Source: Bacteroidales bacterium
GTDB lineage: Bacteria > Bacteroidota > Bacteroidia > Bacteroidales > GCA-2748055
NCBI GenBank assembly: GCA_029931975.1
Contig: JAOZQY010000002.1
Coordinates: forward strand, 27,799 to 91,798
Direction: 5' to 3'
Length of the DNA stretch: 64,000 bases
In this document: positions 51,484 to 60,174 of the stretch, piece after piece
Layout: each line of letters starts with the position of its first letter
Numbering within the stretch: position 1 is the stretch's first letter
The notes under the pieces: model-generated
What the model was told of the DNA's origin: nothing
Seen by the model: the letters and a program-made list of their open reading frames with translations, nothing else
The model's database searches: none
Position numbers and translations under genes: made by a program

Positions 51484-52890
51484 ATGGTGACCATATTGCT
51501 GGTACTGGCGGGAGTGATCTCCCTGGGCTGGTGGCTGGCCACGGACCCGGTGAGTGATTTTGTCACTACCCAGCCCGGCCTTGACAATCGTGGTGAAGGC
51601 GGAGTGGTGGCCGATATCGATATCGGGGCCGTTGGAGAGACCCTGGCCAGCCTGGAGACGGAACTTACAGAAACCTGGCCCAGGTTTCGGGGCGAGCATT
51701 TCGATAACATCAGCTCTTCCACGATTCCCCTGATAGATAAGTTTCCTGAAGAGGGACCTGATATAAAGTGGTCGGTGTCCCTGGGTGAAGGACATGCCGG
51801 TGCCGCGATCTACAAGGGAGTGGTTTACGTATTGGATTATGACGAGGAGCAGCGGGCCGATCTCTTAAGGGCTTATGCCCTGGAGAGCGGTGAGAAGCTG
51901 TGGGTGCGTGGCTATAAGATCAACCTGAAGCGGAACCACGGCATGTCGCGCACAGTACCGGCGGTCACCGAAGAGCATATCCTGACCATTGGTCCCCGCA
52001 GTCACGTGATGTGTGTGAATCGTACCGACGGGACCTTTAACTGGGGATTGAATGTGGAGAAGGAGTACGGGTCAGAAATACCACTCTGGTATACCGGTCA
52101 GTGCCCCTTGATTCATGATGGCAAAGCGATTATTGCTGCCTGTGGCACTGCCCTGATGGTGGCCCTGGATATGGAAACCGGAGAGGTGCTCTGGGAAACT
52201 CCCAATCCACATGCCTGGCTCATGTCGCACTCCTCGGTGATGCCCTTTAAGTTTGGGGGAAGGATGATGTATGTGTACAGTGCCTATGGGGGTGTTTGCG
52301 GGGTGGCAGCAGATGGTCCCGATGCAGGAGCAATCCTCTGGGAAAGCACAGCCTGGAACCACCAGGTGATTGCCCCATCGCCGGTCTGTATGCCCGATGG
52401 TAAGATTTACCTTACTGCCGGCTATGGGGCCGGAGCCATGGTGCTACAGTTATCCGCTTCCGGTGGAAGTTACAGTGTTGAGGTACTGAATGAGTATACA
52501 CCTAAAGAGGGACTTGCCTGTGAACAGCAGACGCCGGTGGAGTTTAAGGGACACCTGCTGGGAATTCTTCCCAAGGATGCGGGTCCACTCCGTAACCAGC
52601 TGGTTTGCGTTCATCCCGATAATTTTAACCAGGTAGTGTGGTCTAGCGGACAGGACAAGCGTTTTGGACTGGGGCCCTATATGATTGCCGATAATAAACT
52701 CTTTATTCTTAGTGATGATGCTACACTCACCATTGCCCGGCCGGGTATCAGGGAGTACATTGAACTGGATAGTTACAGGGTGCTGGAGGGACACGATGCA
52801 TGGGGACCTCTGGCCATTGCAGACGGGTACTTGGTGATGCGCGATTCCAAAACAATGGTCTGTCTCGATATAGCTGCAGACCGAAAGTAA
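51484..52890 (+). CDS. membrane-anchored PQQ-like beta-propeller repeat protein
   Basis: N-terminal TM helix (VTILLVLAGVISLGWWLA), then WPRFRGEHFDN... and propeller repeats. The track ORF starts at TTG 51463; the first in-frame ATG is at 51484. Confidence 0.8.
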   Translation: MVTILLVLAGVISLGWWLATDPVSDFVTTQPGLDNRGEGGVVADIDIGAVGETLASLETELTETWPRFRGEHFDNISSSTIPLIDKFPEEGPDIKWSVSLGEGHAGAAIYKGVVYVLDYDEEQRADLLRAYALESGEKLWVRGYKINLKRNHGMSRTVPAVTEEHILTIGPRSHVMCVNRTDGTFNWGLNVEKEYGSEIPLWYTGQCPLIHDGKAIIAACGTALMVALDMETGEVLWETPNPHAWLMSHSSVMPFKFGGRMMYVYSAYGGVCGVAADGPDAGAILWESTAWNHQVIAPSPVCMPDGKIYLTAGYGAGAMVLQLSASGGSYSVEVLNEYTPKEGLACEQQTPVEFKGHLLGILPKDAGPLRNQLVCVHPDNFNQVVWSSGQDKRFGLGPYMIADNKLFILSDDATLTIARPGIREYIELDSYRVLEGHDAWGPLAIADGYLVMRDSKTMVCLDIAADRK

Positions 52891-52909
52891 GAACGGAAAA
52901 AAACAGCAT

Positions 52910-53884
52910 ATGAAAAAGCGAAGTTTGACAATCGTGGTGCTGGTGATCATAGTGATTATCCTGGGAGTTATTATTGTGGATTTTTTGGGTAACCGTCCCG
53001 ATCGCAGGGGGGAGAATCCCTATGTGTTGGAGGTGAAGCAATACAGGGAAGTGGACCCTGAACTGATATCCCACAGAGAGATCCGGAATTTTTCTCTGGG
53101 ATTGATGATTGCAAGCGATATGAGTTATTACAATCAGACTCTCTATATTTCGGGGAATTCAACACTGGCAGTAATCTCCCTGAATGGATCACAATCCACC
53201 CTGCACGAGATTCCACCCGGCGCCACCAGCCTGGAGGTGGATGATGAAAATATTTTTGTGGGTTTTGGCAGCCATGTGGCCAAATATAATCATGAAGGAG
53301 AGCTTTTGCAGCAGTGGGCTGATCTGGGGGAGCGTACCGTGATTACCAACCTGGCCATAAAAGGAGATAAGATTTTCGTAGCAGATGCAGGTAACAGGCG
53401 CATTGTGATCTTCAACAGGGAAGGTGAATTGTTGGGCCAGTTTGAAGGGAAGGTCGAATCGGATGATGCACATGGATTTATTGTACCCAGTGCTAATTTC
53501 GATCTGGCAGTAAACTGTTTTGGCGAGTTATGGGTGGTCAATCCGGGCAAACATGCCCTGGAAAACTATAGCGACGATGGCCGTTTGCGTGGTTTCTGGG
53601 AGAGACGTTCCTTCGAAATAGACGGTTTCCTGGGCTGTTGCAACCCGGCCAGGATCACCACCATGGCCGATGGATCCTTTGTAACGTGTGAGAAGGGGAT
53701 GGTACGGATCAAGATTTACGATCAGTCGGGAAAACTTAAGAGCGTGGTGGCTCCTCCCGATCTTTTCAATGGAGAAGAAGGGAAGGCTCTGGAAGTATGC
53801 GCCGATGAGAACGATGTGATCTATGCATTGGATTTTGAGAAAGATATGATCAGGGTTTTTGAACCCATAGCAAAGGAACAATGA
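52910..53884 (+). CDS. membrane-anchored NHL-repeat beta-propeller protein
   Basis: N-terminal TM helix (LTIVVLVIIVIILGVIIV) and NHL repeats (e.g. FVADAGNRRIVIFNREGELLGQF; VRIKIYDQSGKL). An unusual CCNP motif is present (GFLGCCNPARI). Confidence 0.8.
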   Translation: MKKRSLTIVVLVIIVIILGVIIVDFLGNRPDRRGENPYVLEVKQYREVDPELISHREIRNFSLGLMIASDMSYYNQTLYISGNSTLAVISLNGSQSTLHEIPPGATSLEVDDENIFVGFGSHVAKYNHEGELLQQWADLGERTVITNLAIKGDKIFVADAGNRRIVIFNREGELLGQFEGKVESDDAHGFIVPSANFDLAVNCFGELWVVNPGKHALENYSDDGRLRGFWERRSFEIDGFLGCCNPARITTMADGSFVTCEKGMVRIKIYDQSGKLKSVVAPPDLFNGEEGKALEVCADENDVIYALDFEKDMIRVFEPIAKEQ

Positions 53885-54078
53885 ACAGGCGGAATTTTAT
53901 AGATAAAACAGGCCGGGGATTTCTTCTCGGGGCGATCGCACTGCTTAGCGGGGTGCTGGTAGTACGTCGGCAAGTGGTTCAGGATGCTTCCTGTACAGCT
54001 AACTTCCAGTGTAAGAACTGCGGGAAACTGTCTGATTGTCAGCTTTCTGAGGCTGAAACAGAACGAACAGATGGATAA
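53881..54078 (+). CDS. 65-aa Tat-motif / hydrophobic-anchor microprotein with a Cx5Cx2Cx5C cluster
   Basis: MNRRNFIDKTGRGFLLGAIALLSGVLVV...SCTANFQCKNCGKLSDC. The start overlaps the NHL gene stop (ATGA) and the end overlaps the next start by 8 nt, which supports translation. Confidence 0.5.
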   Translation: MNRRNFIDKTGRGFLLGAIALLSGVLVVRRQVVQDASCTANFQCKNCGKLSDCQLSEAETERTDG

Positions 54079-54661
54079 ACAGAATAAGAGCAAGGATAAG
54101 GGTGTCAAAAGAAGAGACTTCATCAATACGGGTGTAAGACTTGCCCTTGGTGTGTCTGTGGTGGGGACCGCTGCTTTCACCCTGAAGCGCTCATCCACGG
54201 GAAAGGATTATGTCTGGCAGATCGATCCATTCAAATGTACACAGTGCGGACGTTGTGCTACCGAGTGTGTTAAGGCAGAATCGGCAGTAAAATGTGTACA
54301 TGCCTATGCCCTGTGTGGTTACTGCGATCTTTGCGGTGGCTATTTCAAGCCGGGGGCCAAGCTGGAGACCGGTGCGGAGAATCAGCTCTGTCCGACCGGT
54401 GCTATCCAGCGAAAATTTATTGAGGAACCCTATTTTGAATATGTCATCGACGAGGCGCTCTGTATTGGTTGTGCTAAATGCGTAAAGGGATGTTCAGCCT
54501 TTGGAAACGGTTCCCTGCACCTTCAGATCAGGCATGATCTCTGTCTTAACTGCAACCAGTGCTCCATCGCCTCGGTTTGTCCCTCCGATGCCATCAGTCG
54601 TGTTCCGGCCGATGAACCCTATAAAATTAAAGGTGATTTCATCATTGAGAAGGAAGTTTGA
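54071..54661 (+). CDS. Tat-exported poly-[4Fe-4S] ferredoxin (NapG/NosG/MauM-like)
   Basis: Tat motif KRRDFINTGVRLALGVSVVG. Four Cys-cluster motifs are present: CTQCGRCATEC, CGYCDLCGG...LCPTGAI, CIGCAKCVKGC and CLNCNQCSIASVCP. Confidence 0.8.
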   Translation: MDKQNKSKDKGVKRRDFINTGVRLALGVSVVGTAAFTLKRSSTGKDYVWQIDPFKCTQCGRCATECVKAESAVKCVHAYALCGYCDLCGGYFKPGAKLETGAENQLCPTGAIQRKFIEEPYFEYVIDEALCIGCAKCVKGCSAFGNGSLHLQIRHDLCLNCNQCSIASVCPSDAISRVPADEPYKIKGDFIIEKEV

Positions 54662-54662
54662 T

Positions 54663-55952
54663 ATGATAAAATGGATACCCCGCATTGTACTGATTCTAAT
54701 CCTGTTGACATTGCTTACCGGTAGTTTCCTGCATGCACAGCAACGTTTCCCTAAGCCTGAGTTTGATACCGGTTATGTGCAGCCCGATCCCAGCACGCCC
54801 GAACCCAGAGCCATGGCCATGGAGTATTTTGATGTGTTGGTTCTGCTGGTAGTGCTTTCCCTGGCGTCCTGGCTGGCCATTAAAAAGCGTTCGCGCCGTG
54901 GTCTGCTCTGGCTCTCTGTTTTCTCGCTGATCTATTTTGGGTTCTATCGCGATGGCTGCATCTGCTCCGTCGGAGCCATTCAGAATGTGGCACTCTCCAT
55001 TTTCGATCCGGGATATGCCATCTCCATAACAGCCCTGCTCTTTTTTGTCCTTCCGCTACTCTTTGCACTCTTTTTCGGGCGCGTCTTTTGTGCTTCGGCA
55101 TGTCCCCTTGGAGCCATCCAGGATCTGCTGGTGATTCACCCCATCTCCATACCCAGCTGGATTCGAAAAACCCTGGGTTTTATTCCGCTTATTTACCTTG
55201 CGCTTTCGGTACTCTTTGCTGCCACGGGCAGTGACTTTATCATCTGTCGCTACGATCCCTTTATAGGGATCTTCCGGATGGACGGTCCCTTCCTGATGAT
55301 TTTCCTGGGTATGACCTTTCTCTTCCTGGGCATGTTTTATGCCAGGCCCTACTGCCGGATCTTCTGTCCCTACGGTGTTCTGCTGGGATGGATGTCAAAA
55401 TTTTCGAAATGGCACATGAGCATCACCCCCTCGGAGTGCATCAAGTGCAAACTGTGCGAGGACTCCTGTCCATTCGACGCCATTGAGGTGCCCATTGAAC
55501 AGAGTTACAGGGACCCGGAGGTCTCCCGAAAGAACCTGAGGAGATTTATTTTCTATATCGCTATGATTCCCCTGCTTACGCTGGCAGGTGGATGGACAGG
55601 GGCAAAATCGAATGTTTTTTTGAGCCGTGTTCATCCCGATGTCTACCTGGCCGAGCTGATGATCAGTAATCCCGAGTTAAGAGAAGATGAGGAGAACCTG
55701 GATATTCAGGCCTTCCTGGAAGCGGGGCTTACCTTTGAGCAGTTGATTGAGAAGGCCGCTGTGATACGCGAGAAATTCAGGAAAGGGGGCATGGCTATGG
55801 GTGGATTCATCGGTCTGGCACTGGGTATCACCCTGATGAACCAAGTGGTGTTCCGGCGCAGGGAAGATTACAAGCCCCATAAGGGAGATTGTTTCTCCTG
55901 TGGAAGGTGTATGGACTATTGTCCTGTGGGAAAAATAGTGAATAGTGCCTAG
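54663..55952 (+). CDS. integral-membrane polyferredoxin (NapH/NosH/MauN-like)
   Basis: Multiple TM helices, two CX3CP motifs (FCASACPLGAIQD; YCRIFCPYGVLL), and two ferredoxin motifs (CIKCKLCEDSCP; CFSCGRCMDYCP). The start is 1 nt after the preceding stop. Confidence 0.8.
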   Translation: MIKWIPRIVLILILLTLLTGSFLHAQQRFPKPEFDTGYVQPDPSTPEPRAMAMEYFDVLVLLVVLSLASWLAIKKRSRRGLLWLSVFSLIYFGFYRDGCICSVGAIQNVALSIFDPGYAISITALLFFVLPLLFALFFGRVFCASACPLGAIQDLLVIHPISIPSWIRKTLGFIPLIYLALSVLFAATGSDFIICRYDPFIGIFRMDGPFLMIFLGMTFLFLGMFYARPYCRIFCPYGVLLGWMSKFSKWHMSITPSECIKCKLCEDSCPFDAIEVPIEQSYRDPEVSRKNLRRFIFYIAMIPLLTLAGGWTGAKSNVFLSRVHPDVYLAELMISNPELREDEENLDIQAFLEAGLTFEQLIEKAAVIREKFRKGGMAMGGFIGLALGITLMNQVVFRRREDYKPHKGDCFSCGRCMDYCPVGKIVNSA

Positions 55953-57825
55953 GGTAAAAGTTGATGGAAAAGAAATGAAAATAACAGGTAATATGGATCA
56001 GGATCAGAAAATTGTACTGACCCGCAGGGTTGTACTGATCTCCGGAACATTCAGCGCAGTGGTGGCCCTGCTGCTGATACTGAATTTCTGGCACATGAAA
56101 CACAATGAGCCGCTGGAGAGTAAAACCATCGAGGCACTGGTGGAACGACTGGCCAGCGAGCCGGACAATGAGGAGCTAAAAGAGGAAATCCGCAGCTTTG
56201 ACCTGCTGGCACGCAAGGCCTATTTTACGAGCCAATGGCAGGTGAAGAGCGGTACCTGGCTACTGCTTATTGGTGGTATCGTGCTGGCTGTTTCCCTGAA
56301 AATCTATACCGATTTAAGGAGCCGGATTGAGGAACCCGAAAAGGTGACTGAAGACTTGCTGAGGGCAAGGGCCAATTCACAGTACTGGTTGATGATGGCA
56401 GGAGGATTGATCCTCGGATTGTCACTGGTGGCGGGTTTCCTGACCAACGATTACCTGGAGGCTTACCAGGAGATGGGTGTGGCGACTGAGTCCGAACAGC
56501 AGGAGGGTGATGTGGAAATGATCGAATTGTTCACCGGGCAACCGGATACAACAGGTGATGCAGGTCTTGAGGTGAGTGAAACGAAAAACAGTGAAGTTGT
56601 CAGTGAGACAGGTACAGGCCAAGCTCCTGTCGAAGAGTCGCTTGCTACTGCGACAGAGATTCGTTTTAATCGCGAAGATTTTAAAAAGAACCAGGCTACC
56701 TTCCGTGGTTACATGGGACAGGGTGTTTCCTATCATAAGAATATCCCGGAGAATTGGAACGGTTCCACCGGCGAGGGCATCAAATGGAAAGTAGCTTCTT
56801 CCAGGCCGGGATACAGCTCACCGGTGATCTGGGGAGATAAGCTTTTTATCTCGGGCGGAGATACGCAGGCCAGGGTGGTGGCATGCTACAACAGGCATAA
56901 CGGACAACTACTCTGGGAGAAGGAGGTATCCGGGATACAGGGATCTCCGGCAGCGCCGCCCCGGGTCACCGACGATACGGGACTGGCGGCTCCAACCATG
57001 TCGGTTGATGGTAACAGGGTATATGCCATATTTGCCACTGGCGACGTGGTGGCCTTTGATATGAATGGCAAACAGGTGTGGGGTCGCAATCTTGGAGTTC
57101 CCAATAACCATTATGGGCACTCATCATCGCTCCAGGTCTGGGACAACAAGGTGATTGTTCAGTACGATACCAATTCGTCGGGAAGAATGCTGGCCCTTAA
57201 TACATCAACGGGTGAGACCATCTGGGATGTGGAGCGACCGGTGCACATTTCATGGGCATCTCCGGTTCTGATCGATGTGGAAGGAAAGATCCAGGTGGTT
57301 ACCACGGCAGATCCCTATGTATCGGGACATGATCTGGAAACTGGTGCTGAAATCTGGAAGGTGGAGGCCATGATGGGTGAAGTTGGTGCCTCTGTTGCCT
57401 ATGGGAACGGACTGGTATTTGCCACCAACGAGTATGCCCGGCTGGTAGCTATGGAGCCTAAAGCGGGTGCGGAGTTTACCTGGGAGGACGATGAGTACCT
57501 TGCCGAGGCATCCAGTCCGGTTGCATACAATGGCCTGCTCTATACAGCCACCAGTTACGGGGTGCTGGTCTGTTACGATGCTCTTACAGGAGAGAAGAAA
57601 TTTGAAAAAGAATTTAACAATGGCTTCTATTCTTCACCCATGATAGCAGATGGAAAGCTCTATATCGTCGATATGCGCGGTGTGACTCATATCCTGAAGG
57701 CCGATGCCAGCGGAACCATTATTGCCGAGCCGGAGATGGGTGAAGGGGGGTATGCCGTACCTGCTTTTGCAGATGGATTAATTTACCTGAGGGGGGAATC
57801 GAACTTGTATTGTATTGGGAAATAG
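55945..57825 (+). CDS. three-TM-anchored PQQ-like beta-propeller repeat protein with acidic linker
   Basis: About three N-terminal TM helices and an acidic Glu/Thr-rich linker. Then FRGYMGQGVSYHKNIPENW...IKWKV and propeller repeats to the end. The GTG start at 55945 overlaps the upstream gene by 8 nt; an alternative ATG is at 55975. Confidence 0.8.
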   Translation: MPRVKVDGKEMKITGNMDQDQKIVLTRRVVLISGTFSAVVALLLILNFWHMKHNEPLESKTIEALVERLASEPDNEELKEEIRSFDLLARKAYFTSQWQVKSGTWLLLIGGIVLAVSLKIYTDLRSRIEEPEKVTEDLLRARANSQYWLMMAGGLILGLSLVAGFLTNDYLEAYQEMGVATESEQQEGDVEMIELFTGQPDTTGDAGLEVSETKNSEVVSETGTGQAPVEESLATATEIRFNREDFKKNQATFRGYMGQGVSYHKNIPENWNGSTGEGIKWKVASSRPGYSSPVIWGDKLFISGGDTQARVVACYNRHNGQLLWEKEVSGIQGSPAAPPRVTDDTGLAAPTMSVDGNRVYAIFATGDVVAFDMNGKQVWGRNLGVPNNHYGHSSSLQVWDNKVIVQYDTNSSGRMLALNTSTGETIWDVERPVHISWASPVLIDVEGKIQVVTTADPYVSGHDLETGAEIWKVEAMMGEVGASVAYGNGLVFATNEYARLVAMEPKAGAEFTWEDDEYLAEASSPVAYNGLLYTATSYGVLVCYDALTGEKKFEKEFNNGFYSSPMIADGKLYIVDMRGVTHILKADASGTIIAEPEMGEGGYAVPAFADGLIYLRGESNLYCIGK

Positions 57826-60167
57826 TGGAAGTTGAGATAAAAGATATAAATGCGATAGTGCAGGAGCTGGGAGTAGCACAGCATGCTGTGATTCCAGTAC
57901 TGCAGGCCATCCAGGAGAAGTACAACTATCTGCCTGAGGAGGCGTTGCGCAGGGTATGTGAGATTTCCGAAATCACACCGGCTCAGATTGTGGGTGTGGC
58001 CAGCTTCTACTCGCAATTCAGGTTTACACCGGCCGGTCAGCATATAATAAAGGTGTGTGTGGGAACCGCCTGTCATGTTAAAGGAGCCGGACTGGTATAT
58101 GACGCCATGAAACGGGAACTGGAACTGGGTGAGGGTAAGGATACCACTGCTTCGGGGAAGTATACCATTGAGAAGGTTAACTGCCTGGGATGTTGCACCC
58201 TGGCACCGGTGGTTCAGATCGACCATGTTACCTACGGACATGTAAACACCTCCCAGGTGGCCAAAGTTCTGACCGATTTTGAGACTCTGAAGGGCGACTC
58301 GGGAAAGAAAAAATACAGATTGGCTGATGGCAGTGAGGTGAAAGGTGAGATACGGATCGGACTGGGCTCCTGTTGTGTGGCAAGTGGAAGTGATGAGATC
58401 AGGGATGCGGTAAAGGATACCATCGACCGGAAGGGACTAAATGTAAAACTGAAGCATGTGGGCTGTGTGGGCATGTGTCATCAGGTTCCACTGGTGGAGA
58501 TTGTTCCGGCCAACGGGGAGTCCACCCTTTATTCAAAGGTAAAGGCGGCCGATGTGGATCAGATCGTACAAGAGCACTTTCAACCCGAAGGGTTCCTGAA
58601 AAGAATCTCCCATAAACTGCTGAATATGGCCGATACTATCAGGGACGATAGTCGCTGGATGGGAGTGGACCGCTATTCTCTGGATGTGCGGGAGAAACAT
58701 GTATCCCTCTTCCTGGATAAGCAGATTCCCATGGCCACCGAGTTTCGTGGAATCATCAATCCCATCGATGTGGAGGAGTATAAGAGTCGGAATGGATTTA
58801 AAGGACTCTCCCGGGTACTGAAAGAGATGAAACCTGCCGAGGTGGTCGGGGAGATTATCGATAGTGGCATACGTGGCCGCGGTGGTGGTGGCTTTCCTTC
58901 CGGAATCAAATGGAAGATGGTGGCCCGGCAGCCTGGTCCCACAAAATACGTAATCTGTAATGGCGATGAGGGCGACCCGGGTGCCTTTATGGACCGGATG
59001 CTTCTTGAGTCTTACCCCTACCGGATTATTGAAGGGATGGTTGCAGCAGGCTATGCCATTGGTGCCTCTGAAGGCATCCTGTATATCAGGGCAGAATATC
59101 CCCTGGCGGTGACACGTGTATTGCAGGCACTGGATATCTGCAGGGAGCAGGGTTATCTTGGAAAAAATATTATGGGTAGCGGTTTTGACTTCGATCTAAG
59201 TGTTTACCAGGGTGCAGGAGCCTTTGTCTGTGGGGAGGAGACCGCATTGATGGAATCCATTGAGGGGAAACGTGGTTTCCCCAGGATCAGGCCACCCTAT
59301 CCTGCAGTGAAAGGCCTGTGGGGAGCTCCCACACTGATAAACAATACAGAGACCTTTGCCCAGATTTCCTATATAATGAAGAACGGTGCCTCCGCCTTTA
59401 ACAGGGTAGGAACCAAGTTGTCGCGGGGAACCAAGGTTTTTGCACTGGCCGGAAAGGTGGCCCGTGGCGGACTCATCGAGGTGCCCATGGGAATGACCAT
59501 TCGCGAGGTGGTGGAAGAGATCGGAGGCGGTGTGGCCAATGGCCGGAAATTTAAAGCGGTACAGATCGGCGGACCTTCCGGAGGTTGTGTGCCGTCGTGG
59601 AAGTCAGATACACCTATTGATTTTGAATCGCTTAAGGAGGTTGGAGCCATGATGGGCAGCGGGGGACTGGTGGTGCTGGATGATACGGACTGCATGGTGG
59701 ATATTGCCCGCTACTTTCTCACCTTCACCCAGAACGAATCCTGTGGCAAATGCAGCTTCGGACGCATTGGCACCAAGCGGATGCTGGAGATCCTGGAAAA
59801 GCTTACCACCGGGAAAGGGACCGAAAAAGATCTGGAGAACCTGGAGGAGCTGGCGCATTGGACCAAGAAGGGAAGCCTGTGTGCCTTATGCGGAACGGCA
59901 CCCAATCCCATTCTCTCCACCCTGGAATATTTCAGGGACGAGTATGAGGCCCATATCAGGGGGGAGTGTCCGGCCGGAAAGTGCAAGCACCTGATCAAGT
60001 ATGAAATTACGGATGATTGTATCGGCTGCACCCTTTGCGCTCAGGACTGCCCGGTGGATGCTATCGCCTTCAAACCTCATGAGAAGCATGAGGTGGACAA
60101 TGAATTGTGTATTCAATGTGATGGTTGCAGGCAGGTATGTCCCGAAAATGCGGTAATAGTTAGATAG
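57825..60167 (+). CDS. fused NuoE-like [2Fe-2S] / second thioredoxin-like [2Fe-2S] / NuoF-like FMN-NADH flavoprotein / 2x[4Fe-4S] ferredoxin (HydB/HndC-type)
   Basis: NuoE Cys pattern (CVGTAC...CLGCC) and a second 2Fe-2S domain (GSCCVASG...GCVGMCHQ). NuoF motifs are GIRGRGGGGFPSGIKW, CNGDEGDPGAFMDR, GAGAFVCGEETAL and ESCGKC. The C-terminus carries CIGCTLCAQDCP and CIQCDGCRQVCP. GTG 57825 overlaps the upstream TAG; the track gives TTG 57810. Confidence 0.9.
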   Translation: MEVEIKDINAIVQELGVAQHAVIPVLQAIQEKYNYLPEEALRRVCEISEITPAQIVGVASFYSQFRFTPAGQHIIKVCVGTACHVKGAGLVYDAMKRELELGEGKDTTASGKYTIEKVNCLGCCTLAPVVQIDHVTYGHVNTSQVAKVLTDFETLKGDSGKKKYRLADGSEVKGEIRIGLGSCCVASGSDEIRDAVKDTIDRKGLNVKLKHVGCVGMCHQVPLVEIVPANGESTLYSKVKAADVDQIVQEHFQPEGFLKRISHKLLNMADTIRDDSRWMGVDRYSLDVREKHVSLFLDKQIPMATEFRGIINPIDVEEYKSRNGFKGLSRVLKEMKPAEVVGEIIDSGIRGRGGGGFPSGIKWKMVARQPGPTKYVICNGDEGDPGAFMDRMLLESYPYRIIEGMVAAGYAIGASEGILYIRAEYPLAVTRVLQALDICREQGYLGKNIMGSGFDFDLSVYQGAGAFVCGEETALMESIEGKRGFPRIRPPYPAVKGLWGAPTLINNTETFAQISYIMKNGASAFNRVGTKLSRGTKVFALAGKVARGGLIEVPMGMTIREVVEEIGGGVANGRKFKAVQIGGPSGGCVPSWKSDTPIDFESLKEVGAMMGSGGLVVLDDTDCMVDIARYFLTFTQNESCGKCSFGRIGTKRMLEILEKLTTGKGTEKDLENLEELAHWTKKGSLCALCGTAPNPILSTLEYFRDEYEAHIRGECPAGKCKHLIKYEITDDCIGCTLCAQDCPVDAIAFKPHEKHEVDNELCIQCDGCRQVCPENAVIVR

Positions 60168-60174
60168 GGAAATA

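Noticed and set aside
57791-57806. tRNA T-loop-like GTTCGATTCC on the minus strand
   Set aside because: There is no complementary T-stem, acceptor or anticodon arm around it. It lies inside the well-supported propeller coding sequence.
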